Assembly: GCA_951406725.2 (NCBI GenBank)
Contig: OX597826.1
Span: 4,464,001-4,528,000 of the forward strand
Reading direction: 5' to 3'
From: Octopus vulgaris
Lineage: Eukaryota
Length of the DNA: 64,000 nt
The position numbers and the translations under genes are program-made. Positions 1-13,204 of the stretch are shown piece by piece. Each line of letters starts with the position of its first letter. Positions within the stretch are counted from its first letter, which is position 1. The notes beneath the pieces are model-generated. The model ran no database searches. It was not told where the DNA came from and saw only the letters and a list, made by a program, of their open reading frames with translations.

Positions 1-508
1 ACATATTCTCTATCGCAAGCGACCATCTTTGAAAAAAAAGAATCAGATGTGCTTGGTTGTGCCTATTGCTGCACACCTCGCACGAGTCATTAAATCGTTT
101 TTCTCGTTAACTGGCTATTCGACCAAAAAGGTTTAAGTCAGGCAACAGGCCGCCACTGACCAGCCCAATTTGCCGATTGTCTGATTTTGGGCCAGATATG
201 TGTCCAGTCACGCATTGTCATGGTGAAAGTGGATTGTTTTCAGATATATGTTCCGCCTCTTCTTCTTAATGGCTGTCTAGGCTTTCTGATATTCTCAACG
301 TGCTATTCGCTGTTCTAGGTATAGCCACGTTCCAAAAGATCGGGAATAACGTCTTTGTTGATCCCAAATCAGCCATCATGACATTTATTGCTGGCTCTTG
401 AGATTTTCAGGCTTTCCTTAAAAGTTATGATGATATTCGAAGAACTGGGCCTTGGTTTCCGGAACTTAAAATATGCTCACGTTTTCATTCCTTGTCACAA
501 AACAAAAT

Positions 509-553
<45 letters not shown>

Positions 554-910
554 TATGATAATAATAATAATCTTTATTGGGCTTTCATCTTTCGTTCCTT
601 CAATCTGAGTGTCACTTTTTACAAACTTTCCGGTGTCCAAATCTTGCATTATCTTCTGCCATCCTTTGTGATCAAAAGGCAGATGAGCAGCAATCTCAAC
701 GAATTGTGACTCGCTGAAAATTCGTGTCAGTGTTCGTAGTTGGTGGCCCCGTCCTTTGTTGTCAAAATTCTCCATCCATCAGTGCACATTGACCATGTCA
801 GAAATGCCATCTCCGTGAACAACCTGTAGCCTTCTGCAGGTGTTGAACACCTTGCTTCCCTCCTTCGTCAAGATTTCAATGACAGCACGTTGCTTCAGTC
901 TGGAATCCAT
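1..910 (-). pseudogene. Decayed mariner (Tc1/mariner) transposase, interrupted by an (AAT)n microsatellite at ~509-571
   Basis: Minus-strand translation from ATG at 910: MDSRLKQRAVIEILTKEG...RRLQVVHGDG...VH*W (mariner HTH N-terminus). Further on: LLERGYT*NSE, AIKKKRRNIYLKTIHFHHDNA (HHDNA motif at ~211-225) and KLGW. Contains stops and frameshifts. Confidence 0.85.
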
Positions 911-1080
911 TATATGCGTGCAGTGAAAAGAAAATACAAGGAAGGACAGATTCTATAGAGGAAGTGATACTCTACCAATACATGCAATTAGAACCGTCTA
1001 TGTCAGTTAATAAAATGAAAGAGGAATTCCCTGTGGACCAGATGCTGGAGCATGTCTGTGAGTGACTTTGTAACAAAGAG

Positions 1081-1425
1081 TTGAGTTGACGTTTTTTAGG
1101 TTATCTCTGTGAGAAGCGTAATTTTATAAAATCTTGGTGGATATCGGGCAAACTTGGCAAGATTTGAACTATGTAATAAAAGGAGAACGGTAAAGAACCA
1201 GAACATCCACAAGCCTTATGCTATAACGATTCTGCCATTTATTTGTTCGCTTCTCTGTCTTTTTCTTTTTCACGACTCCTTTTGATCTGAATCCCCCCCT
1301 TTTTTTTCACTATCCCTTTTGATCGGAATTCGCCCCACCTTTGTTCCCCTTCTCTTCGTCCCAAAAAGAAAAGCTCTACGTTGTATTTTATCCTTTCTGT
1401 GTTTAGCCCTATCTATCTATCTATC
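1081..1425 (+). mobile_element. Retroposon 3' fragment (family F) ending in (ATCT)n
   Basis: Shares CCCTTTTGATC repeats, AAAAGAAAGCTCTAC and TGTGTT(T/C)AGCCC with 4030-4309; both copies run into ATCT tails. Confidence 0.55.
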
Positions 1426-3941
1426 GCTCTAATAATAGTATTGATTTTTTTAAATGTTGTGATGAAGTCCTCAAAATTTAGGGATATGTAGAGCCGATTA
1501 AATCGTTCCCAATACAAGCAATTACTTACTTTATTAGTATCAGAGAAATAATTTTATCTATTTATGATCATACTGTGATTAGCACCAGAACTATGCGGTA
1601 AAAAAAAGGATCTGTAATTAAATACAACATTGACTCACATTTAGTCAAACGATTTTACATTTACCGAAGCTGCTATTGCAATAGCAACATATACTAATGC
1701 TGCTGCCGCCGCCGCTGCTGCTGCTTTCTTTACGAGGCAGTTTCCAGACATTGGGTGGCCATCTCCTAAAATGGCAGTAGCTTTCTATGTGTGTATGTGC
1801 TATGTATGAAAGCCTTTGTGTATGATCGTGTTTATGAATACACTCACATACACACGTATACATGCATGCTATTGTGTGTTTTGTATTTTTATGCCAAAAC
1901 ATATAAACATATACGAACGTCGGGGTATGTTTTGGCGTGAGTTTGACAAATATTTGAAAACCCCCAAATACATAGCCGAGTGTTATGTCTAAAACCATGT
2001 GTCAAGTTTGTTTATTTATTATTTTTTGCTGACGTAAGAAAGAAATACTCTTGGAGCTGCTATTCTTAATTTTGTTGTTATGTGTGTGTATGTCCGTGTA
2101 TGTGTACGTGTGGCTGCGTTTTGCGCGCATTTATGTGTATAAGCGAAATTCTATAAATATGTGTGTGTTGTGGCACTTTAAAATGTAGTATGTAAACGGT
2201 AAGATGAATCACACTAGCAACATGACATTTTATACAAAAACCGTTTCTGAAGTAGGAACAGGGCCAGGAATGTAGTTTAGGGTACTTGCCGATTATATCA
2301 ACTCACAGTATTGGAATAGTAATTTATTTTATCAATACGAAAATCAAAATCAATGCTGACCACTCTGCGATTTGAACTTAAAACGCCAAGATCCGAAGCA
2401 AACACCATTACTCTTTTATTCCAGTCGTTTCAAGTTTCCAGTGATCGACCGCAATCTGACTTTTCTGCGCATGCAGGAAATTTCAAGAAAACTTTAGAGT
2501 ATTGGAAAGAATTATTTGCAGCATTGACCCCAAATGTCTTTATTCTGAATTCAAATCTTGTAGAAATTAACTTTGCGAAGTAACCTTCCCGGGTCCATAA
2601 ATGATATGTAGTCAACCACTCTACCTATCAGTCTGCCAAGCTATTTCCCCAGTTTCTCTGTACATTTTTTCGGAATTGCGCTGTGGAGAGTGATAGGCGG
2701 TCGCCCAAAGCGTCATTTTTTTTCGGTATTAGAGAACACTTGCGCAAGAGACTAAAACATCGCTTCTTATGACAAGCCTGATATGCTTTTAGAACCGTCC
2801 AAAGACTGCTAAAGGAGCTGCTCAACGCAAGCAGAAATAAAGTAGAATATATATGGATATAATAATTATGACGAATACACTTGGCACACGTGCCAAGATA
2901 ATAGCACTTGCCTGCTAATTACATCACAATTGAAGTTTTTCTACCCACTATATAACAAAAGGTGTTGGGCTCGCGATCGTTAGGTGTTGGGGTCGTTTTT
3001 CGGCGCGAGCGGTTTGCCGCGATGTTGAGCACTTTTTTTTTTTATCTCAGTGTGCAGCTCATCACACTCAACTGGATTTGAGAGACTCTATCGCCTGGAG
3101 ATTAACCCCGTTACGAGTTAGCGTCCCTTTGATGGTGGGATTATTTTACTCTCGGCCTAACCGCTTTGAATATGCAGTTATGTTCAAGCTCGAAGCAGAT
3201 TTTATTTTCGATATGTGAGACGCTAACAAATGTGTACAGCATTCTTATCATACTCTGGAAGTGTGTGGGAGAAAGAATTACTAGAGAGCCGGATAAAATG
3301 CCTTTCGGTTATGCATAACACGCATTTTTATTCTGAGTTCAAATGCCACCAGATCCAGTTCGTCTTTGCCCGTCAGAGAAAATTGCGACTCGACTTAATA
3401 ACTACACTCCTTCTCTTATGCTTAACGCTCTTTCCCAGTGTAAAAAAATTGCTATTAACCTTCATAAAAGAGATTGCAGGCGTTCAGATGTGAGAAACTG
3501 TATATGCCTATTTTAAATAACTATAGCGCTGTAACTGTTTTAAATTCCACTCACAATTTAAGGTCAAATTACATTTCAAACAAATACTGTTGAAAAAGTA
3601 TTATTTTTTTTTTACAGTGATATATGAACACGTTTTCAAATGAAATTTAGTTGAAATAATGTTTTTGCATGATACAACAGCGTGTCAAATATATACCATA
3701 ATCAATATAAAACCAAAATATTTAAACCAAATATAAGTTTCTCATAAATCAGATTTCTGTCACTGCGTGAATGCGTGTGTGTGTGGAGGGGTGCTTGTAT
3801 AAGTGTGTATATATATTATCTTTTAAATGTAAGCATGGTTATGAATATTGTATTTAGTATAAAGCATGGGGTGTACTTCAGCTGACATTTTGAGTTTTTT
3901 GAGCAGAAAATGTATTTATAACATAAAGCCTCCAATTGAAG

Positions 3942-4008
<67 letters not shown>

Positions 4009-4029
4009 GCTTGCAAATAAGTGTGTTAA

Positions 4030-4309
4030 AATGTGACGTTATTGACCGAGGTTACCGTGGTCTTTCCCGTAGGCTTTTCTTTCCACGAATAAACCTTTTC
4101 TATTTCTCCCTTTACACTATACACCAGGACATTTCTGTGATACACGATCCCTATTGATCGTCTTCTTTATTACGATCCCTTTTGATCGAAAACCTACCCC
4201 CTTTTTTTCTTTTTTCTTCTTTTTTCTTTTTACCCCCCCCCAAAAAAGAAAGCTCTACTTTGTAATTTGTGCCCACTGTGTTCAGCCCTGTGTGGCTAAT
4301 AAAGAAACA
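4030..4309 (+). mobile_element. Retroposon 3' fragment (family F) embedded in (ATCT)n arrays
   Basis: Similar to 1081-1425. Ends CTGTGTTCAGCCCTGTGTGGCTAATAAAGAAAC and is flanked on both sides by ATCT repeats. Confidence 0.55.
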
Positions 4310-4480
<171 letters not shown>

Positions 4481-4648
4481 TTTATTTTAAGCAGCAGAAA
4501 ATTCAACAAAATCTGTTACTCTGAGTTTGTTGCCGTTCATCAGACAGTTTTTGCCATATATATATGGCTCTGTGTATTATGTATAAATATATAACACTAA
4601 CATTCAATTGTTTCATATAATATCATATGTGTTCTTCGGTATTGTTTA

Positions 4649-4732
4649 TACTAATGTCCATATTTTCTTTCCTTTTTCAGGTAAGTACGTTGGTGAATTT
4701 ATTCCTTTATTTGAAGATTATATCAGGTAGGG
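4649..4732 (+). promoter_or_regulatory. Candidate recursive splice site (3'ss AG immediately followed by 5'ss GTAAGT) with a 46-nt cryptic RS-exon
   Basis: TACTAAT branch point 4649-4655; TATTTTCTTTCCTTTTTCAG ending at 4680; GTAAGT 4681-4686; downstream CAG|GTAGGG at 4726/4727; no AG dinucleotide from 4548 to 4678. Confidence 0.65.
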
Positions 4733-5206
4733 TATCTTACGGTTTCTATACGTGGATGTGCACATATGTGTGTGTGGAGGGGGGGATAATCAAGCTATAC
4801 TCGTAAATGGAAACAATTACTTTTGAATTTATTGATCTCAGATACTTTTGTGAATCAATTTACAAGTAGATTGATTATATTCGCCACCGAGCAAATCGAA
4901 ATTGCGTAAAACGAAGGAGGCAGTTTTTTTTAAAGATAATATCTATTGAAGATACAAATAACATTTAAGCAATGTTTATAAAAATTAGTATTATAAATCT
5001 GCAGACATGTATCGTTAACAAACTCGCTTTGAAATCACGTGTTTCCGTGTTCAGACTCGTTGCACGAAGCGCTGGGCAAGTATGTCCTAGATTCGGGGGC
5101 GACCAATGCTGTGTGAATGAATTTACTAGTGTGAAACTGTGTACCACCCGTCGTGTGTGTATGTGGAGGGGGGGGGCACTATCGCATGACAACAGGTGTT
5201 GGTTTA

Positions 5207-5659
5207 TTCTTTTACTCGTTTCCACGTTTCAGTCATTGGATTGGTGCCATGCTGGAGCACCGTCTTAAGGGGTTTCAGTCGGGGAAATCGATCCCAGGAC
5301 ACATTCTTTGTAATCTTAATACGTATTCTGTCGGTCTCTTTTGCCGAACAGCTACGGGGACATAAACACATCACCATCGGTTGTGAAGCGATTGTGAAAG
5401 GGGGATAAACACAGACACAAAGACACACATGTAAATATACATACAAACACACACAAATACTTATACACACACACATATACATATATATATATATATACGG
5501 CAGGCTTCTTTCAGTTTCCGTCTATCGAATCCACTCGCCAGGCTTTGGTCGGCCCAAGGCACGAGACAGCTGCCCATGATGCTACGCAGTGGGACTAAAC
5601 TCAGAACCGTGTGGTTGGGAAGCAAGCTTCTTTCTTACCAGACAGCCACGTCAGCGCCT
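5207..5659 (-). mobile_element. tRNA-derived SINE family A, full length
   Basis: Reverse complement of the 12558-12983 copy: tail, CCATGCTGGAGCACC, internal CA/TA tract and tRNA-like head. Confidence 0.85.
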
Positions 5660-5776
5660 GTTTACGTTTTCTAAACATAACCCCTCGGCACGCGTATTTG
5701 AAGATAAGAACTAGGGCCGAATTGTTCGACTTCAAACCTTCAAGGCGATGCCCCATCATGGCTATAATCCAGTGAC

Positions 5777-6194
5777 CAGCGCTGAATTAACTATTAAGCA
5801 AAATAAGCACGTGCTTAGGGCATCAATGGAAGTAGTGGGGGGCACCACAGAAATGGTAAATTGTTTACGGCACAAAAGAAATCACTTAAAACTTACAATA
5901 TTCGGGATACCTTTATCTCTACTAAGTATAGATGCAGATCTGTTACCTGAGTTTAAATTTGAAGATTTGCTCAAAGACTTTGCAATTCAAAATTAGGAGG
6001 AAACTTTTCGAAAGTAAGGTGGAAATATACAAAAATAAACATTATTCTCCCTTTTACTGTTTAATTTCGTTTTGAAAAATGAATTTTATTTTATGGATTG
6101 TTATTGTTTATATTTTTCATTTACATAATCTTTTATGGGAGCACCAAAATCTTTTTAAGTGCTTAGGGCCTCGATCGGTCTTAATCCGGCCCTG
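5777..6194. mobile_element. Non-autonomous hAT element (418 bp) inserted in a SINE 3' tail
   Basis: Exact 8-bp TSD CCAGTGAC at 5769-5776 and 6195-6202; imperfect TIRs CAGCGCTGAATTAA / TTAATCCGGCCCTG. Confidence 0.85.
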
Positions 6195-7354
6195 CCAGTG
6201 ACTGAATCAAGTAAGAGGTAAATGATATAACGATATACCCTACGTATATTTTAGCCTACATTTTAAAGAATAAAAAAAACCTTAGTTACCAACGACCTGT
6301 TAAGAGACTTACGAAAAATTTAGTAGCGTTAATAATAACTTCAGAAAACCATTTATGCAGTAAATTATGGCTATACAGATCGCTGGCGGTGAGGGTGGTG
6401 GTGGTGAGTGTTACTGCTGTTGATTAGTACCAGATCAACACTTGCAAGGCAGGCGTGTGATTTAACGCATTACAGCCACGACCACCCCCACTTGTTTTGA
6501 GCAGTACTGCACACATAGCTACTTTACCCAAACAATTATTCATAATACTGTAACGTGTGGTTTTACGGAAATTTAGCTGCTATTGACAGCATGTCGAAAT
6601 CTCAACATGTTGTTGCTAACATTTAGAACCTCCTGCAGTGATTCCTGTCAGCACATGTTTGTTTATATTGGAATTAAAAACACTGCAGCGGTGGTTGTGA
6701 TACTGTAGTTGCTGTTTGTTGTTTAACCCTAGGACAGTTGTAATTGAGCAGGTCTATGAAGAACACATTTCCAAGATGATCACGGCAGAATTCGAACTCG
6801 AACCGGAAAGATTCGGAATAAATATTGCAGTGTATTTTGGGCACCCCTGTAATGATACAGTAAAGAAGGGATCTTTAACGTGATCACGTATTTTTTCATG
6901 ATATTACAACCAGATCCGCCATTAGATGTACTTTTATGACTTGCTCTATTCTGTAATTACCTCGACACAATTCTTTAGGTGCCTCCGACGACGACAAATA
7001 GATGGAAACTACTGTTTGTCCATTATTGTTATTTAGCTTCACATCTTCAGACTAGACTAGAATAGACCAGCGTGGTAGGGACAGACATAGAAAAAGTATT
7101 TATTACATTAGAAATGGCGGTCAGATAATTTAAGATAAACACTGATCTACTGAGTAAGATTATTCATCATTGAGGAGGTGTGCCATATACTTAGGTGTAT
7201 AATTGAATTCGTAGAAAGATTCGCTGGACGCACGCGCATACACCCATGCACGCACGCACGCACATTCCCCTGCGCTGCTTGCTGTTTGTCACACACACCT
7301 TTGTATGTTTTACGGTATATTTTATTTTAATGGTTGTGTCTATTATTGTTATTA

Positions 7355-7397
<43 letters not shown>

Positions 7398-7836
7398 CAT
7401 CAGTAGTAGTAGTAGTAGGTCTTTTATTCGTATTTTCTCTTTTGAAACCTTACGGCACGTACTGACCCGCTTGAAAATGAATAGATCACCAACTTGGCTT
7501 AGTGGCGTTTTACAACCCGAATGATCCTTCTGAAAACAAACAATTTCTAAGAGAGAAAGAAACATACGAAGAAAATAAAATAAAAGAGAGAGAGAGAGAA
7601 AGAAAGAATGTTTTTGAATGAAGGTTAGAGAATATAGTTGTAGTTCGGTGGGATGGGCTAAAATAACTGAACAGAGTATGATAGGAATAACAAATAGAGA
7701 AGAAGTTATAGACAGACTGTGGAATTGATAGCTGATCAAATAATGGCGTTTACAGAAAGCAATCAGGATTCAACTCCAGCTGTAACTACAATAGACCATA
7801 GACAATCAACCTACACTCAGGCACGCACCTCCTCAT

Positions 7837-7874
<38 letters not shown>

Positions 7875-8199
7875 CTCTCACGCACACACACACACAAACA
7901 CATACACACACATACTCTCACAAACGCACGCACACTCACTTATATGTAACACAAATACAAACACTCACAAAGGTGAGCCAGTCAGGGAGCCAAAGCGTAG
8001 CTGTTTTATCAGCTAGAAAGAGTAGTGAAATGCTCTTTAAAACGTGTTTTTTAAAACATGTGACAGTCTTTAAAACAGGTTGAGAAGTAAAAACCGGGAA
8101 GGTTGCAGATGAAATAGCTTTCATCTTAGGTCTGCTCAATGAAGGCCTCTGTGAACTAAATAATAACCACCAACAAAAGCACCCTCTCTCTCTCTGTAT

Positions 8200-8247
<48 letters not shown>

Positions 8248-8329
8248 GTACATAAATACATACATACTCACGTACAGGTGCACACGTCAGCCTCATGTTT
8301 CTATAGATGTCTTATAGAGGTCAATATTT

Positions 8330-9230
8330 GATGTGGGCGATTTCTATTGGGTTAAAAGTGAGAATGAGTCTTTCATGTCTCCATAGAAAACTATGAAGGT
8401 GTTGAAAAGAGCGATCTCGCGGGATTGTTTCATCCTTAATATCTTCAGATTGTATACCACCTGTTGCTGTGAGTCATATAGAGATGACGGCTTAGTAATT
8501 TCATGCAATGTAAGCAGGCACTCTATGGGCGTATTTAGAAACACTTTGATATTTAAGTTTGATTTTAAACATAACAATCATCATTTAACTAATAATAGCA
8601 AACGTTTTAGCTATAGTACAAGGTTTGTATCTGCTTCGTAGATATAACACTAGCCCAAGAGAAAGCCAAACGAGGAAATTATGTACGTCAACAGAATTTT
8701 TACTACTGCTTCGGGTTTACTTGCCAATGCTACAGGTAGAATAAGTATCAAAGCTTCAGAAAGGCTCTAGGATACACTGAGAGCATTCACTTCATACCAG
8801 AAGAGAACCTGCAAGCTGCATGTAATCTGATTTAACTTATCATATAACTCAGACGATAGCAGTAATATATACGCATTATTTACAAGATTTAGTTCACAAG
8901 ACACTCCACCGAAAAGTAAATTCAATAGGATTTTCAACACTCATAACGTAAAGATCAGCTATTCCTTTCCTTACAACATTGCTTTCCTGATCATATACTA
9001 CAGCTAAAGACAAACATACACATCTTCCATATCAAGAGACATCCTGCATTTGTCTAAATCCCTCTACCTACAGAATCAGAAGATATTACTGAGATGTTGC
9101 ACATATTTAACATTCGTAGACAGTATGTACACAGGAGTCACCGTAAGCAACGAAAATTCTCCATTACTACCCTAATTCATCTGGAAATTAAATGACTAAG
9201 AATCTAAATTCACTTTAAATTCATATCGTG
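8330..9230 (+). pseudogene. Penelope-like element RT/GIY-YIG fossil
   Basis: Ordered degenerate PLE motifs across frames: WVKSENE..HVSIENYEGVEKSDLAGLF, YRDDGL (RT active site, in ORF 8393-8641), FVDITL, RKPNEEIMYVN, VI*FN, KFNRIFNTHNVKISYS, YTG, FIWKLND. Confidence 0.85.
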
Positions 9231-9385
9231 TCTCTTAGCATTCCAGCCATAACGACCCCTTTTATTCTCACACAGAGTGCTTCAATAAAACGTGCTTTAT
9301 GATTGGAAGTAGATTTGTCTGTTATTTCTAGCAGTGCAAGCAAGAATTTACAGTCATTGGTTATACTTTTCTTTATAGTTATATT

Positions 9386-9442
<57 letters not shown>

Positions 9443-10015
9443 GTGTGTGTGTGTTTATTTATATGCTAATATTAAACCTGAGGTTGTGTCTCGATTTAAT
9501 TGATGTTGGGTGATATTTCAAAATTAACTAATTTAACCACTATTAACCCCGGAGCTAATAAAGTGCCAGAAATTGTATACACTTTCACTGTTATACTGTC
9601 ATTGTGACCAAAATTTTGGTTTCTGGCAATTTAAACAGCCTTGGACTCTGTCTACAAACTAACTTACCGCTGTATAATAAGATTTACCAATCAGACAGGA
9701 GTAATACTTTCATACACAAACACACATATAGAGATATATGTACAAATAGATACGCATATATATGCATATGTGTGTATGTATGTATTTATAATTTCTGCCT
9801 AAAGTTACGCAGAGCTGTATGTAATTGGGGAGAAAGAAAGACTAATTTTATGTGAGCGAGCGTAAGTATATAACGGCACTATATTTACGCCTCTATTCCT
9901 GAGTGTTTGGTTGTTGTGTATGTGTTTGTGTGCTTGTGTGTGTGCGTGTGTGTATGCACGCACACATCAGTTTATAGATGAGTGTACGGCACATATAGAT
10001 GATCGTTTGTACGTC

Positions 10016-10067
<52 letters not shown>

Positions 10068-11611
10068 TACACATACAGAATGTTTGCGAATGTGCACGCG
10101 TGTGTGTGTGCGTATGCGTGTGTCTTGCAGCAATCAGCGGCAGCAGGTATATTCCCCTAAAATTTGGCCACCATATTTGGTTGTTATGTTCGTTGACCAG
10201 CAATCAGGCGTTCAAGTGGAACGAATGTGTTGCCAAAATGTTACAAGCGACGAATGCTGGCCAACTTGGCTGACACGGTTGATTTGGCAGAGCGATCAAA
10301 AAGTAAACTATTAGTGTTTCAATCGCAATGTGTTGTACAGAGAATATCAGGATGATGTTGATGATGATGGTTGTTGTTGCGGTGGCGGTTAAGTCGATGG
10401 TCGTGTTGTTTATGATGTTGGTAATGATACTGTTCATGAGGATGATGATGATGATGACAGTAGTCTTCTTGTTAATAATGATTATGGTGATATATTTTAT
10501 GATAATCATGCTGGAAGTGGTGATGATGTGTGTTACGATGAGGATATGTTGACGATGAGGAAAAGGAGGATTGATGTAAAATTGGTCATTGATTACAAAT
10601 GAAAGGATGAGATGTTGCAATAATTATTTTCCACACGCTTCATGTGGAGGTGAATAATCAGTTATACCGACTCCTGTATATCACTGGTTCTTGATTTATC
10701 TACACCGGATGGATTAAATGCTATATCGAGCTCGTTAGAACATAAGCATACATCGCAAGGAGTCTTGGAGACCGCATTAAAAACTCAGATCGCAAATTAG
10801 TCTTGCATGCCACATTAGCATCAAGAAGAGGATCATAATGTGGCTTACTCCATCTTGAATGTTAATGCAAACACACCCGGAAACCTTCTAGCTCTAGTAA
10901 GGCAACACTTCCCTCCGACACAAGTGTAATAAGCTGTTCAACGCTCATAGCATAAAGGTTAGCTATTACAGTCTGGACAACATTGCTTTCCAAATCACAC
11001 ACTACAAACAAAAATGCAAACTTACACCGCTCCCAACTCTAAATGCATCTTACTACTGTCTAATATAGAGTGATACTATTTCTCTATCTGTAAATTACAA
11101 TAATTATATAAATTATTATTGGTTTTTAGTTTTTTTATGGTATCTCAGTCAGCGAGACAGAGACACCACAGGAGAATCGCACAAACAATGGAGGAAAAGT
11201 AAAGCCAAAGTATAGGGAAGAGAAAGTCAGAGTGTGTGGAAATGTATATTATAATTGTACAATTGTTAAAACACATGAATAATTTTTAATAAAATTTAAT
11301 AAAGCATTGAGATAGTTCTAGAGTTGTAAGGTATTGAAACTTAAAAATATACTTGTATATAAGTGTATGTGTATATACATTGGGAGAAGGAGTGAAAGTG
11401 AGAAGGCTTTATAAGTCCAACAGACGGATAACTACCTAAGGCCAATTAAAGAACGTCGCAGGGTCCATAGTGAATAAATGGTAATAAACAGGAGGGAAAA
11501 ACTGCTAAAAACAACAAAAAAATACGTGACAACAAAATATACACGGAAACCATTTTTCTAGTAGTATTTTCTTTGTTCCAGCTTTCACTGAAATTACCAT
11601 ATCGTTAGACA

Positions 11612-11655
<44 letters not shown>

Positions 11656-12557
11656 TGTGTATGTGTGTGTGTGTGTGTGTGTGTGCGTGCGTGTGCGTGT
11701 CCGATGGATGGATAGATATGGAAGGATAGTTTTCGTGTCAAGTCTCAGTTGTCGGAGGTTCTCAATAAAATTGGCATGAAATGGGTGTCTTTATGTATCG
11801 CCGTCTCATTCGACTTGTTTATTGTTCTTCGTTCTCCTGTTGAGTTGTCAAAGATATGTGTTTATTTTAGCATATTATTTATTTATTCATTCATTCATTT
11901 ACTTGTAAAGAAAAGTAGGCAGTTACCAAGTACAAGTGAACTGTGTTGATCGAAGAAGTCGAGCCACATTTTTCCTCTTTGACTTCTCTTGTCAGTGGCA
12001 TGAGACATTGGGCTTTAAAAAGGGGTTAACACAAACCGAACAGAATATCTATTAAAAGAACGATCTAGAAGTGTCTATATCTTGGTGTCTCGACTTAGCA
12101 AAGTCTTCGGTCACATAAGACATACCTGTTATTGTAGGTCAGAGGACGCTTTCTAAAAAGAGAAAGACGCACGGATCATGGTATTGATATTTTCAAGTAC
12201 ATGACGAGCAAATTGGGGTTCACCTAGGCCTAAACTCTAACGGCTTTACAACAAACAAACGAGCTGTCGATAGAAATGTGATTTACCTGATCTGTTAAAT
12301 AAAACCGTTAAATCTTCTTCAAATCACACTGTATTGTTTTAATAAAGACATTGCCAAATGTAACTCTGTAACATATAATATATTCACGCAGCTTAGTAGG
12401 CAATAAGTTCAAATATAGAAATGCAAATATATGTAGCCATATCGCGGCTTATATTATTTAAGCCTACGTCGATTCTCCGTGGTGTTGTTTTGCATTTATA
12501 ATAAAATAAATATATACAAATTATAAAAATAATTAAAAAAAAACTATACAATACAGT

Positions 12558-12719
12558 GGCGCAGGAGTGGCTGTGTGGTGAGTAGCTTGCTTACCAACCA
12601 CATGGTTCCGGGTTCAGTCCCACTGCGTGGCACCTTGGGCAAGTGTTTCGTACTATAGCCTCGGGCCGACCAAAGCTTTGTGAGTCGATTTCGTAGACGG
12701 AAACTGAAAGAAGCTTGTC

Positions 12720-12767
<48 letters not shown>

Positions 12768-12983
12768 ATATATTTGTGTGTCTGTGTTTGCCCCCCCCCC
12801 CCCCCAACATCGCTTGGCAACCGACGGTGGTGTGTTTACGTCCCCGTAACTTAGCAGTTGGGTAAAAGAGACCGATAGAATAAGTACTACGCTTCCAAAG
12901 AATAAGTCCTGGGGTTGATTTGTTCGACCAAAGGTGATGCTCCAGCATGGCCACAGTCAAATTTCTGAAACAAGTAAAAGAGG
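12558..12983 (+). mobile_element. tRNA-derived SINE family A, full length, with an internal (TA)n tract
   Basis: Starts GGCGCAGGAGTGGCTGTGTGG (A box), then GGTTCAGTCCC (B box) and CORE-like CACCTTGGGCAAGTG; ends CTGAAACAAGTAAAAGAG. Several copies in the window. Confidence 0.9.
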
Positions 12984-13204
12984 TATGTAGCCATATCGCG
13001 GTCCATATATCGCGGTTTATTATTTAAGCCTACGTCGAATCCTCCGTGGTGGTGTTTTGCATTTATAATAAAATAAATATATACAAATTATAAAAAATAA
13101 TTCTAAAAAAACTATACAATACAGTACTGTTTCGACTTCGCGGATTTTCACCTATCGCGGCGGGGTTTTGGAACATAGCACCCGCGATAATCGAGGGATT
13201 GCTA
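12984..13204. mobile_element. Tigger/pogo-type MITE remnant; its left part is duplicated at 12430-12557
   Basis: Repeated TATCGCGG subterminal motifs; right end GCGATAATCGAGGGATTGCTA then TA, resembling the reverse complement of CAGTAATCCCTCG-type TIRs. Confidence 0.55.

Noticed and set aside
3601-3620. Acceptor-like TTTTTTTTTTACAG
   Set aside because: An AG lies just upstream of the tract, there is no clear branch point, and no downstream donor defines an exon.
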